DNA of 36,150 nucleotides from positions 1 to 36,150 of IMG/VR virus record IMGVR_UViG_3300024988_000239. One strand, 5' to 3'. A model generated the notes under the pieces. The model was not told where the DNA came from and did no database searches. It saw nothing but the letters and a program-made list of their open reading frames with translations. Below are positions 25,310-35,115 of the stretch, piece by piece; within the stretch, counting starts at the first letter, position 1, and every line of letters starts with the position of its first letter. Source of the DNA: a virus. Taxonomy: Duplodnaviria > Caudoviricetes. Position numbers and translations under genes: made by a program.

Positions 25310-26422
25310 ATGAAACTTATAGTTCACAATTTCACACCAAACGGGCTGCAAAAAGCGCAGCCCTTAAATGAACTTCCAATCGGAATGAAAGTATATGCTT
25401 ATGGAGCATTCGGTTCAGAAAGTATTTACTGCATTACAGGCCCAATGACAAAACGTGGTCAGGAGATGTGTTTGATTTCCCGCTGGAGTCCGAACGCTTA
25501 CTTTGCCAGCCCCAAAAATTATCTTGATACTTATAGTAAGCCTGTTTCAAAAAAGTTTGGAATTGGTTTCTACTGGGATGATGTCGATAACCATATCTTC
25601 CCTGAATCACGAGTAAAAGCAGCTATCAGGCGTGCTGAATGGATAGAGAGGAAGATTGCCAAAATGAATGAAGAAAAACGACAGGCAGAGCAGAATGAGC
25701 TTGCAGAACTACCGGGCCGTTATCCTCACTTAACACCGATACCAAACGATTGTAAGGATTGGTACAGGGCAGTCAAGGCAAACATTGTCGCCGAGTTGAA
25801 GCATCACTTTCCCGACCATAAGTTTTCAGTGAACAAAGATGGTGACAGATCTGTCAGAATTAGCTGGTACGATGGATTAGTGAGCGAAAAGGTAGATGAT
25901 GTAATGCGCAAGTTTGAAAGCCATAAAAGTGATGTTACAGGCGACTATTGGGATTTTTCACCTTCCTGTTTCAATACTGTTTTCGGAGGAATGAAGTTCG
26001 TATTCATTAATCGGTACATGTCGGAAGAAGTGAAGAAACTCACCAAACAGGTTAAAGAAATTCTTCCTGACAGGTATAAGGCTGTCGACCAGCAGCTACT
26101 TCGGGAGTACTGGTCAGAAACCGATTTTCCATTCAATGCTACCAACATAAGGGTAGTAGAAAACCCGGATGCCAAAGGTGTCAATGATTTATTCTCTTTT
26201 CAGTACGATATTCCGGAAAAGCTTACTTCTGTTGCTTCTCCTGAAGGAATACAAGTCGTAGAATACTCACCCAAAAGCTTTGCTGTAATCGGTGATACAA
26301 AGCCCCTAAAAGACAAATTAAAAGCCCTTGGTGGTAAGTTTAACTTCCGGCTTACTTGTGGAGCTGGATGGATTTTCCCAAACACTCTTAAAGAAAACGT
26401 CTTAGAAGCTTTACAGTTATGA
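25310..26422 (+). CDS. Multidomain protein with an LPD29-like (polyvalent protein-associated) domain and a C-terminal small domain
   Basis: ANIVAELKHHFPDHKFSV...SVRISWYDG...FNTVFGG and YSPKSFAVIGDTKPLKDKLKALGGKFN...GWIF. Confidence 0.72.
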   Translation: MKLIVHNFTPNGLQKAQPLNELPIGMKVYAYGAFGSESIYCITGPMTKRGQEMCLISRWSPNAYFASPKNYLDTYSKPVSKKFGIGFYWDDVDNHIFPESRVKAAIRRAEWIERKIAKMNEEKRQAEQNELAELPGRYPHLTPIPNDCKDWYRAVKANIVAELKHHFPDHKFSVNKDGDRSVRISWYDGLVSEKVDDVMRKFESHKSDVTGDYWDFSPSCFNTVFGGMKFVFINRYMSEEVKKLTKQVKEILPDRYKAVDQQLLREYWSETDFPFNATNIRVVENPDAKGVNDLFSFQYDIPEKLTSVASPEGIQVVEYSPKSFAVIGDTKPLKDKLKALGGKFNFRLTCGAGWIFPNTLKENVLEALQL

Positions 26423-26709
26423 AAGAATTCATCAAAGAAAAGCTGGTTGAAATGTACTCAACCTGCACTACTGACCAGTACGGTCAGGTTGCAAAGTTTA
26501 ACTTCGGACTTAAAAGATTATTCGGAGACAAAACCGAAGAGGTGTTGGAATACATCAAAACCGACCCGGTGATAAGTTACTCAACTTATGGCAATCGTTA
26601 TGGCACCTACAAAGCAGTAATGGACATTCTCGATGAGGAAATTAAAAGCGCTTGGGTTGATGCCCTGAGAAGCAAGGTAAACTATCAACGTAATATGAGG
26701 AGCTGGTAA
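26419..26709 (+). CDS. Hypothetical protein
   Basis: ATGA overlap with the upstream gene. Confidence 0.72.
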   Translation: MKEFIKEKLVEMYSTCTTDQYGQVAKFNFGLKRLFGDKTEEVLEYIKTDPVISYSTYGNRYGTYKAVMDILDEEIKSAWVDALRSKVNYQRNMRSW

Positions 26710-26711
26710 TC

Positions 26712-26882
26712 ATGACAAAGACAAGACAAGCTGAAATAACGCTTTATTGCAATGGTTACAGCATCGAGTATGCAATCTCTCCAAGAGAAAAGAAGCTGGC
26801 AGTAGCTGTCAAAGATGAAAAGCGAACCTACGGAACCACAGTGCCGGAACTGGTGAAAAAGCTGAATCTAATCAATCATTAA
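26712..26882 (+). CDS. 56-aa hypothetical protein, absent from the ORF track
   Basis: ATG 26712 to TAA 26882 (MTKTRQAEITLYCNGYSIEY...LNLINH) fills the gap between neighbours almost exactly. Confidence 0.65.
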   Translation: MTKTRQAEITLYCNGYSIEYAISPREKKLAVAVKDEKRTYGTTVPELVKKLNLINH

Positions 26883-26891
26883 AACAAAGTT

Positions 26892-27107
26892 ATGTTAGCA
26901 AACAGACGAGACCTTCGCAAACTAAAATCAATCTCCGGAATGGCAGGCAAACTTCGGTCTGCCTATACCGGACTTTCTCAACCCACAAAAGAGATGCTTC
27001 AACGGGAGTTCCGTGGTGGAACTGAAAACCATATTATCCGGTTTGAAGCGAACATAAATCAAGTTGTTGAATCCATTAAATCTGAAAAACATGAAAGTAC
27101 GTTGTGA
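26892..27107 (+). CDS. Hypothetical basic protein
   Basis: 71-aa ORF in operonic spacing. Confidence 0.65.
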   Translation: MLANRRDLRKLKSISGMAGKLRSAYTGLSQPTKEMLQREFRGGTENHIIRFEANINQVVESIKSEKHESTL

Positions 27108-27267
27108 TATTTGCCGGGATTTATATATCCTGACGCCTAAAGAAGCACTTTATAATGAAGGATTGCTCGAAACAAGAATTTGCCCGGATTGTGAGCTGTA
27201 TGTTGATATGAGCCCGGCTGATAGTTGTGAGTATATGTCGTATTCGGATGCTGATAGCGGATTGTAG
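27091..27267 (+). CDS. Small zinc-ribbon-like protein
   Basis: CDIC...CPDC with an acidic tail YSDADSGL. ATG at 27091. Confidence 0.65.
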   Translation: MKVRCDICRDLYILTPKEALYNEGLLETRICPDCELYVDMSPADSCEYMSYSDADSGL

Positions 27268-27292
27268 TTTATAAGGTAATTTCAAAACAATT

Positions 27293-27333
27293 GGCAGAAT
27301 CTCTGGCTTAATAAGTCGGGGATTTTGTGTTTT
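27293..27333 (+). terminator. Intrinsic terminator
   Basis: GCAGAATCTCTGGCTT-aat-AAGTCGGGGATTTTGT followed by a T-rich tail. Confidence 0.6.
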
Positions 27334-27685
27334 AAGTGTATTGTTCTTAACCAAATATGTGTTCATGCACTGAGAGTAATTGCTGGTGGTTACAATTGAA
27401 TTTAACATCAATCAGTTAAACACTTCGAAGTTAATACTTGATAATGTCGATTATTTAGCTCTATCTTAGGGTATGCATCATAACACATTTGAATAATAGT
27501 ACAAATATGTATGCTGTAAAACATGTATTTTGTTTACTGAATTTGGAAAATAAAAACGTATTTTTGCAATAATCGTAAACCTATCGGGAGCGCTGTTTTG
27601 TGTCATTTGTTAACTGCAAGCTTGACCACAGAAATGTAAGAAATAAGAATAATTACAGTAACAAGTATCGTAAAAATTAAATATA

Positions 27686-28099
27686 ATGAAATCGTATTTT
27701 CCAAAACAATGTTTTCTAACGTTAAGACTGTTGATAATTAGTTCATTATCCATTTTGACCTTTTTTTCTTGTTGTGAAGAGGAAATAGACAATAATAGCA
27801 CATTAAACAAAGACAATTACTATGTGAATTATATTATTAAAGCTCCTGTACCATATGGTAGATTTAGCAATTGGACTGCATCTACCCCTGATGGGACATA
27901 TAGTAATAGTGGTTTTCTGACAAGTAGTTGGGGTCAAACATTCGGACCTGTTAAAAAGGGATTTAATTGTAGCGTACAAATTGGATTTTATCAAGGAGGA
28001 ATTCCTAATATTGAAATTCATGTTTCAAAAAATGATGAACCTTTCGCTTTAAAAGCAAATGAAACAGGAGCATCAGCATCATACGTTATTAATTTTTAA
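27686..28099 (+). CDS. Lipoprotein of unknown function
   Basis: Hydrophobic signal ending FFSCC then EEE. Upstream TATTTTTG at 27559-27566. Confidence 0.75.
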   Translation: MKSYFPKQCFLTLRLLIISSLSILTFFSCCEEEIDNNSTLNKDNYYVNYIIKAPVPYGRFSNWTASTPDGTYSNSGFLTSSWGQTFGPVKKGFNCSVQIGFYQGGIPNIEIHVSKNDEPFALKANETGASASYVINF

Positions 28100-28853
28100 A
28101 GTATTGATGATTTTGCTTGTGCTTTAGAGTTTAACTGATTATACAATGCTATCCATTACTAATTAGGACTTTTGGGATTTGGCACCGCATCTGTAATGAA
28201 GCATTGGTAGATAGAAATTTCTGAAACTAACATCGCTACACTTGGGTTATTGGCAACAAACAAAACTCCATTAAACTCCAGCGATTTATGAACTTTTTAG
28301 CAGAAATCGGTGAAAATCGGCTCAAAAGTAATAAAGTTTAGTGTAGTTTATACGGGGGGTACAAATATCAAAAGGCAATTATCAATAGTGAAGTATAAAT
28401 CAACTATCTAAGTGTCTGATATTAAGCATCACTTTTAATAATATTTCGTAGATAATCATTTCTGTAGAAACGGTTTTGTTGGTGATTTCCAACTAATACT
28501 TGTTACTGTAAAGGTACATCTACGTAAATAACGCCACTTAATTGAATATACGCAAAACAGAAAAGCGAACGACGATGATACGCTTTAGCCAAAAGGCAAG
28601 GGGTATAGACAACAGACCTGCTTCTGTAAACAGGAATCAAGAATGCAGTGAAAAGGGGAACATAAGTACAGCGATAGGTTATCAAAGTTCATCTACATTA
28701 TAAAAAATGGTCATTGCCAAGTTTTTTTACTGACTGTGAAAGTTAATTAGCAATTTAAAAAAAACAATGCCCAGTAGAGAGTGAATTACATATTAAATTC
28801 TATCTTTACAGCCATTAATAATTAAACACACAAAATTAGTTTTATCACTGATT

Positions 28854-29300
28854 ATGTCAGCTTTACAACTACACTGTTCAAAATATTTAGATATATATTC
28901 GGCTCAAACCGATACCGAGCATGTGTTGCCATTGCTCGAAGGAATTCAAGCAGGTTTCCCCTCCCCTGCCGCTGACTTTATTGACATTAGCATCGACCTC
29001 AACAAGCATTTAATCAAACATCCCTCAGCAACTTATTATGCACGTGCTAAAGGCGATTCGATGAAAGACGCAGGTATTTTCGATGGCGATTTGCTGATTG
29101 TTGATAAAAGTATCGACCCTGTGGATAATAAAATTGCTATTTGCTATATCGATGGCGAATTTATGGTGAAGCGCATAAAAAAACAAAATGATGAACTCTG
29201 GCTAATGCCAGCCAACAAAGCCTATCAACCCATTCAACTGAAAGAAGGCAATAACCTGATGATTTGGGGAATTGTAACGCACGTAATAAAATCACTCTGA
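28854..29300 (+). CDS. umuD: UmuD-like S24 peptidase (Pol V subunit)
   Basis: AGFPSPA cleavage site, GDSM Ser, VKR Lys. Confidence 0.93.
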   Translation: MSALQLHCSKYLDIYSAQTDTEHVLPLLEGIQAGFPSPAADFIDISIDLNKHLIKHPSATYYARAKGDSMKDAGIFDGDLLIVDKSIDPVDNKIAICYIDGEFMVKRIKKQNDELWLMPANKAYQPIQLKEGNNLMIWGIVTHVIKSL

Positions 29301-29318
29301 CTTCTAATTTCTAACTTT

Positions 29319-30578
29319 ATGTTCGCCCTGATTGATTGCAATAATTTTTATGCCTCGTGCGAACGGGTTTTTAATCCTTCGCTCAATGGCAAACCAGTTG
29401 TGGTTCTCTCGAACAACGATGGGTGCGTTATTGCACGTAGCAACGAAGCCAAAGAATTAGGAGTACCCATGGGCGCACCCGCTTTTAAGTTTAAAGATCT
29501 TATGGAATCAGGCGAAGTTCATGTTTTCTCCTCGAATTTTGCGCTGTATGGAGATATGAGTAATCGTGTAATGACTATTCTGGGTGCTTTTTGTCCAAAT
29601 ATGGAAATTTACAGCATCGACGAAGCTTTTTTGGATTTTTCGGGTTTCGAGCTCCACGACCTCGAAGCGATAGGCCGCGAAATGCGCAAACGTGTTTTGC
29701 AGTGGACAGGAATTCCTGTTTCGGTTGGTTTTGCCCCTACTAAAGCATTGGCTAAAGTTGCCAACCGCATAGCCAAAAAATTTACAGAACGAACAGATGG
29801 CGTTTACAAAATTGAAACCGAGGAACAGCGCATAAAAGCATTGAAGTGGTTAAAAATTGCAGATGTCTGGGGAATAGGACGACGACATGCCCGACGATTG
29901 CAGGAAATGAATGTGCTAACCGCCTATCAGTTTACACAATTATCGGATAGTTGGGTGCGCGACAAAATGACCGTAATGGGATTACGCCTGAAACACGATC
30001 TGGAAGGAAAGCCCACTCTACTACTCGAAGAAGTAAAAGACAAAAAGAACATTGCGACAACACGTACTTTCGACCATAATTACAGCGATTTTGCATCAAT
30101 AAAAGAAAGGGTAGCCAGTTTTGCGGTTTCATGTGCCGAAAAACTACGCCGTCAACACTCCTGCTGCAACAGCATTATGGTTTTTATTCACACCAATGGT
30201 TTCAGAGAAGACCAACCCCAATACAGCAAAAACATAGTTATCAAACTTCCTTACGCCACCAATTCATCCATCGAGTTAGTAAAATTTGCTGTAATTGGGC
30301 TTGAACATATTTTCGTAAAGGGGTATGGATATAAAAAAGCAGGGGTTATTGTAGGAGATTTCACCCCTGAAGATAATCAGCAATTAAACTTGTTCGATAA
30401 CCGCAATGTAAAGCATATTGCAGTAATGAAAGCGATCGATAAAATCAATCATTCGTTAGGACAACAAAAAGTACGGTTGGCTGTACAGGATACGGGTCGT
30501 GTATGGAAAATGAAACAGGAACGCCTATCGCCACGCTATACCACCAACTTAGACGAAATAATTACCGTAAAAACCTGA
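29319..30578 (+). CDS. umuC: Y-family DNA polymerase UmuC
   Basis: [29 protein letters not shown]-terminal [14 protein letters not shown]. Confidence 0.95.
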   Translation: MFALIDCNNFYASCERVFNPSLNGKPVVVLSNNDGCVIARSNEAKELGVPMGAPAFKFKDLMESGEVHVFSSNFALYGDMSNRVMTILGAFCPNMEIYSIDEAFLDFSGFELHDLEAIGREMRKRVLQWTGIPVSVGFAPTKALAKVANRIAKKFTERTDGVYKIETEEQRIKALKWLKIADVWGIGRRHARRLQEMNVLTAYQFTQLSDSWVRDKMTVMGLRLKHDLEGKPTLLLEEVKDKKNIATTRTFDHNYSDFASIKERVASFAVSCAEKLRRQHSCCNSIMVFIHTNGFREDQPQYSKNIVIKLPYATNSSIELVKFAVIGLEHIFVKGYGYKKAGVIVGDFTPEDNQQLNLFDNRNVKHIAVMKAIDKINHSLGQQKVRLAVQDTGRVWKMKQERLSPRYTTNLDEIITVKT

Positions 30579-30602
30579 TTAATTCATAGTTTGTATGTGA
30601 AT

Positions 30603-31253
30603 ATGTGCTTCCACTCCAAACAATCGAAAGATGCGCAAACACTCGAAAAACGCTACAAGGCGAAACTCGAAAATCCCGAACTGTTTAGAACAGGAGATGT
30701 AAACGGCTTCGAACATCCTTTTTGCGCCATTATTACAAACGACAAGCAAGAGATTATTCAGTTTGCACAATGGGGCTTACTGCCCGATTGGGCAAAAGAT
30801 AAAAGCATACAAAACAGTACTCTGAATGCTAAAATTGAGACTATTCACAAAAAACCATCATTTAAAAAAAGCACATCGCAGCGTTGTTTAATCCCTGCTG
30901 ATGGTTTTTACGAATGGGAATGGCTCGACCCCAAAGGCAAGAAAAAACTAAAATATCTTATTCACCTACCCGGTGATGAGTTATTTTCATTTGCCGGACT
31001 TTGGAATGTGTGGAAAGATAATGTTACAGGTGAAACATTTCACACATACACCATACTTACCACCGAAGCCAATGCGCTCATGTCGGTTGTACATAACTCT
31101 AAAAAACGAATGCCCGTAATAATAAACCCCAAGGCTGAAAAAGAATGGCTTGACAACGGCAAACTCGAAATGATGAACGATTTTTTACAAGCTGACCCTC
31201 TAAAATTGGCATACGAACAGCTTGAATTATGGCGTGACGATAACCTATTGTGA
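30603..31253 (+). CDS. SOS response-associated peptidase (SRAP/YedK/HMCES family)
   Basis: ATG 30603 gives the N-terminal Met-Cys. WGL, NAKIET, RCLIPADGFYEW, HN..RMPVI motifs. Confidence 0.92.
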   Translation: MCFHSKQSKDAQTLEKRYKAKLENPELFRTGDVNGFEHPFCAIITNDKQEIIQFAQWGLLPDWAKDKSIQNSTLNAKIETIHKKPSFKKSTSQRCLIPADGFYEWEWLDPKGKKKLKYLIHLPGDELFSFAGLWNVWKDNVTGETFHTYTILTTEANALMSVVHNSKKRMPVIINPKAEKEWLDNGKLEMMNDFLQADPLKLAYEQLELWRDDNLL

Positions 31254-31429
31254 TAGTTGTTGCTACTTTGTTAAAATAATTGGTTGGGTGTAGAGCAGTA
31301 ACAAAGAGGCTGTCTCAAAATAGATGTAAAGTCTTTGAGAATTGAATATCCGGATTTGTTCCCGGATAGGTATCCGAATAAAAAGAGGGTGAAATCACAT
31401 TGAACTGAACCCTCTTTTCGCAAAAATTA

Positions 31430-31600
31430 ATATTTAATTTGCATAGCCAGTTTAGAGATTTTTTATAGCGTACGATTCCGCTACCTTTGACCGACTTCAT
31501 GTACATTTTAGCATCCAGTGCCAGGTCGATTATGCCGGAAAGAGGTTTGTAATGCACGTTGTAGCGGCGGATACGGACGATGCTCGGTTGTCTTAGTTCA
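31430..31600 (-). pseudogene. Probable 3' remnant of a Bacteroidota hypothetical gene
   Basis: Protein-like stretch RIRRYNVHYKPLSGIIDLALDAKMYMKSVKG..RYKK with no credible start. Family recalled only loosely. Confidence 0.35.
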
Positions 31601-31762
31601 ATATAGAAAATGAGATAACTTTGTGCAAACAATAATTGGTGAAAATTATGGAAGTATCAATAGTAAAAAATTTGAAATTCTAGGGGCTTCAGATTAAGTA
31701 AAACTTAATTGGAATAATATCAAATAATGGATAAAGTTGAATTGATTCTTGAAATAATTAAA

Positions 31763-32124
31763 TCATAACTGTTTTCGCAACGCTTTCAGGCGTTTAAGTC
31801 TGGTAACCGGGTCTTCACGAATGCACTTTAGCATCATCACCAGATCCTGACAGTCCATTAGGTACTATCGGTATTCGAGATCGTAAGCAAGCTTACTCAA
31901 GGTTGCCTTCTTCGAGCCGTTTCATATACAGAACCAATCCGCCATTTTCGGCATGAAGAAGCTTGATGGTGGTGCGGTTGCGACTGATGAAAATAAAATA
32001 TCGCGACCATACGGACTTCATAACCCATTTGGTTTTGAACATCACCACACAAGGTGGAGTCCTTTTTGCAAATAGGTTTTGCCGGGACTTAAAAATAACG
32101 AATTATATCATTTAGCGAGAACAT
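31763..32124 (-). pseudogene. IS66 accessory TnpB (Orf2) pseudogene
   Basis: MFSLNDIIRYF...FIFISRNRTTIKLLHAENGGLVLYMKRLEEG, interrupted by frameshifts and stops. Confidence 0.8.
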
Positions 32125-32482
32125 AGGCCGGGTAACGTTGGTTAAGCATCTGAAGGGCAATCTCCGTTTGTTGCTGACCTGAAAACAAACTTCCACACCA
32201 CCCGGGAACTTGATGTTAATTTCACCCGGAGTGACATCCTCAGGTTGTGATGAACAAGCTGTACCGGGAAGTGCCGAATTCAACCTAACCGGTGCGATAG
32301 CAAGAGGGGCAAGCTCTTTACAACTTTGCGATCGGTAGGGTCTTGCAAATCCAAACATACTTTTCCAAAAATGAAAACTCGAAACGCGGTATGTTTCATT
32401 AGAAAAAAACACTAATGCTTAATCCGCTTTGCTGCTTGCGATCCACAATCGCCTTGAATTCTTATTTGCTGATTGGAATCAT
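32121..32482 (-). pseudogene. IS66 TnpA (Orf1) pseudogene
   Basis: QQSGLSI...SSFHFWKSMF...EINIKFPGGVEV with an early in-frame stop. Confidence 0.7.
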
Positions 32483-33092
32483 AATGTAAACTTTGCCTGC
32501 AAAGGTCTCGGTAAATTTCAAATCCTACAACATGTACTTTATCGAGGGCTTACCTTTCACCTTGCATTAAAAAACTATTATACTAGATTACTACCAGCTA
32601 TTCGGTCTTTTAAGGTTCGAAGTTTTCTGGTAGGAAGACGAAAGGTTTTTTGACGTTTAAGTGAAACAGGGGAGATGTGTTATTCGGTTGATGAAATTGT
32701 TTTTCAATTTGAAACCGGAATATACATCTTTTCTAACTATTACTTCAAGGCAAAGTATGATTACATATTGAAATATGGTTGGCGGACAATTCTCCCTATC
32801 CCTTTAAGTTAATATATGCACTTTGGATTATTGGAATAGTTCGTTTGAGATCACTTAGAAAGTTGGAGGTGGAGTAAAAAAACATTGGGTAACTTCACAG
32901 CCACCCATTGTACATTTAACCTATACCTTAACTATGAAAAATAAGTGCTTTGGGGCACACACTACAAAGGTAGTCAAATTTTGACTTCTATAAAAATATT
33001 GTGGGCATGGAAAGTTTTTTCTATCTTCGGAGGACCAAAAACGAGGGTTATTGTGGGCCATCTTTGAAGTACCACATATATGTTAAAAAAGC

Positions 33093-33114
33093 TTTGGTGG
33101 ACATTTGGTGGACA
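33093..33114. repeat. Tandem 11-bp direct repeat TTTGGTGGACA x2 (candidate integrase arm-type sites)
   Basis: Exact tandem copies ~60 nt from the tRNA 3' end. Confidence 0.6.
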
Positions 33115-33128
33115 CGGAGAATGAAATA

Positions 33129-33170
33129 AAAAATGCTAATCGCTGATATTCAGTAGATTAGCATTTTTTT
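33129..33170 (-). terminator. Hairpin downstream of tRNA-Lys
   Basis: AAAAATGCTAATC-N14-GATTAGCATTTTT inverted repeat. Confidence 0.7.
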
Positions 33171-33173
33171 AAG

Positions 33174-33246
33174 TGACCCCAGTGGGGCTCGAACCCACGG
33201 CCCACAGATTAAGAGTCTGTTGCTCTACCAGCTGAGCTACGGAGTC
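33174..33246 (-). tRNA. tRNA-Lys(CTT)
   Basis: GACTCCGTAGCTCAGCTGGTAGAGCAACAGACTCTTAATCTGTGGGCCGTGGGTTCGAGCCCCACTGGGGTCA, canonical cloverleaf. Confidence 0.96.
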
Positions 33247-33408
33247 GGCCGGGTTTTAGTTTGAAAAACCGGCTGCAAAGATATAAATTTTTTTCTTCTC
33301 CAGAAGCCAATCGCGCTAACTTTTTCTGAAAAAAATAACGAAATTATGAGCTTAAATGGCGTAAAAACTTAATTGATAGCCGGTTAGTTTCAACTTCCCT
33401 TGCTGTGG

Positions 33409-33855
33409 TTATCGTGTAAGTGTAATTACATTGGAGCCGCTGATGGTGCCGCTCATCATCAGCATCGTCATGGTCCAGGTGCCTTCGTAGGTCTCATTGA
33501 TGACGATTTTGTCTTTTTCGGCACTGCCGGTGCGTTTGACGGTGATGTGTGTGTCTACGCCATTCATAGAAGCAGTGCTGGTTTCGTCTTCAAAAATCAG
33601 CTCTTTACCCTTCAATTTACAGATCAATCCGTTGATGCTGAGTTCGTCGCCGGAAGTTGTCACTTTCGAAACGGACATTTGCTCCTGCATGCTGATCGGC
33701 GATTCACCCATCGGTTCATTGTCCATGTTCATCACAATAGCGCCCGAGACTTCGGCAGTCCAATCGCCTACATACGCATCGCGCACATCAACCTCTTTTT
33801 CACAGGATGTAAATAGCATACCTGCCAGCGCTACGAAGAAGAATACTTTTTTCAT
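33409..33855 (-). CDS. Host lipoprotein of unknown function
   Basis: MKKVFFFVALAGMLFTSC then EKE, RDAYVGDW motif. Confidence 0.82.
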   Translation of the reverse strand: MKKVFFFVALAGMLFTSCEKEVDVRDAYVGDWTAEVSGAIVMNMDNEPMGESPISMQEQMSVSKVTTSGDELSINGLICKLKGKELIFEDETSTASMNGVDTHITVKRTGSAEKDKIVINETYEGTWTMTMLMMSGTISGSNVITLTR

Positions 33856-34202
33856 TGGATACTTTTTTATGGTGTACTCCACACGCAGGCCTTGTTTTTC
33901 TGTTCTTCGGTAAGAAGTATAGACCGCCTGTTTCGTACAACTATTTTTTGTAAAATATTGATTAAATTAGCAAATAGATGCAAATATACGGTAAATTTAA
34001 TTTATGTCAAAGTATGTTTCCTGAAAAATTAACAAATGCTATTAAAAAAATATGATGAATGCCGGAAGCCCTTCTCCAGGAGCGTTATTAAATTGTCAAT
34101 AAGCTGAAAACTGTTTGCCCACACGAGCTTTTATTCCGGAAAAAAGCTGTTTTGATTCAAAAAAAATGAGTATTTTTGCAGCACGAATTAAAAATAGTCA
34201 GA

Positions 34203-35111
34203 ATGAAGCCAACTTTATTTGTACTTGCAGCCGGAATGGGTAGTCGTTACGGCGGTTTAAAGCAGCTCGACGGTCTGGGACCCAGTGGAGAAACCATCAT
34301 GGATTATTCGATTTACGACGCCATTCGCGCCGGTTTCGGAAAAGTAGTGTTTGTGATCCGTGAAAGTTTTGAAAAGGATTTCCGCGCGATCGTCATTAAT
34401 AAATACAAAAACCTGATCGATGTAGAAGTTGTATTTCAGGACCTTGCCAATATTCCTGAAGGATTTAGTTACAATCCGGCCCGCGAAAAGCCATGGGGAA
34501 CCAACCATGCGGTGCTAATGGGTAAGGACGTGATTAAAGAGCCGTTTGCTGTGATTAATGCCGATGATTTTTACGGACAGGAATCGTTCAAGGTATTGGC
34601 CGATTTTCTGACGGGGGTAACCGGCAAGCAGAATGAGTATTGCATGGTGGGTTATCATGTTGGGAATACCTTGTCGGAAAGTGGTGCCGTAAGTCGCGGT
34701 GTATGTGTGGTCGACGAAAACAATTTGTTGCAGACGGTAGTCGAACGTACGCATATCGAGGAGAAATCGGGCGATATTATTTACCTCGACGAAAAAGGAG
34801 AAGAAGTTTCCATACCGGCCAATACACCGGTGTCGATGAATATGTGGGGATTCACACCCGATTATTTTGAGTATTCGGAAGAGATTTTCAAATCCTTTCT
34901 GAAAGAAAGAGGTCAGGAGCTCAAATCGGAGTATTATATTCCGCTGGCAGTGAACGAGTTGATCGTGACGGGTAAAGCTACCTGCAAGGTGCTGGATACG
35001 AGCTCTAAATGGTTTGGGGTTACCTATGCCGAAGACCGTCCGCAAGTGGTGTTGAAACTCAATGAATTGGTTCGCAAAGGGGTATATCCTGCTCAATTAT
35101 ATAAAGCTTAA
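34203..35111 (+). CDS. Sugar-phosphate nucleotidyltransferase
   Basis: LAAGMGSRYGGLKQ, KPWGT, INADDFYG motifs. Confidence 0.92.
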   Translation: MKPTLFVLAAGMGSRYGGLKQLDGLGPSGETIMDYSIYDAIRAGFGKVVFVIRESFEKDFRAIVINKYKNLIDVEVVFQDLANIPEGFSYNPAREKPWGTNHAVLMGKDVIKEPFAVINADDFYGQESFKVLADFLTGVTGKQNEYCMVGYHVGNTLSESGAVSRGVCVVDENNLLQTVVERTHIEEKSGDIIYLDEKGEEVSIPANTPVSMNMWGFTPDYFEYSEEIFKSFLKERGQELKSEYYIPLAVNELIVTGKATCKVLDTSSKWFGVTYAEDRPQVVLKLNELVRKGVYPAQLYKA

Positions 35112-35115
35112 GCAT

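Larger units (their letters stand above)
1..27333. mobile_element. Siphovirus-type prophage segment. Left end lies outside the window. Right boundary is uncertain and the wider element may extend to the tRNA-Lys at ~33170.
   Basis: Syntenic head-neck-tail-tape measure-tail tip-lysis genes on the + strand, flanked by phage-type small gene clusters. Confidence 0.9.
31763..32553 (-). mobile_element. Truncated IS66-family element (tnpA and tnpB remnants, no tnpC)
   Basis: Minus-strand terminus GTAAGCCCTCGATAAAG at 32553, followed by tnpA-like and tnpB-like remnants. Confidence 0.8.

Noticed and set aside
27414-27491. Fourth copy of the AGTTAAACAA promoter unit
   Set aside because: Only AGTTAAACAC, and no TAnnTTTG at the 66-nt offset.
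28100-28850. DGR template repeat or structured ncRNA in the long intergenic gap
   Set aside because: No similarity seen to the 21432-21605 region, no AAC-rich tract and no convincing long stems by eye.
31763-32124. TnpB as an RNA-guided IS200/IS605 nuclease
   Set aside because: This is the unrelated short IS66 accessory TnpB, and it is disrupted.
1053-33089. Inverted 14/15 match TTTTAACAYATATGT at ~1053-1067 and ~33074-33088 as element ends
   Set aside because: Very AT-rich and inverted, whereas att cores of an integrated element are direct repeats; plausible by chance.
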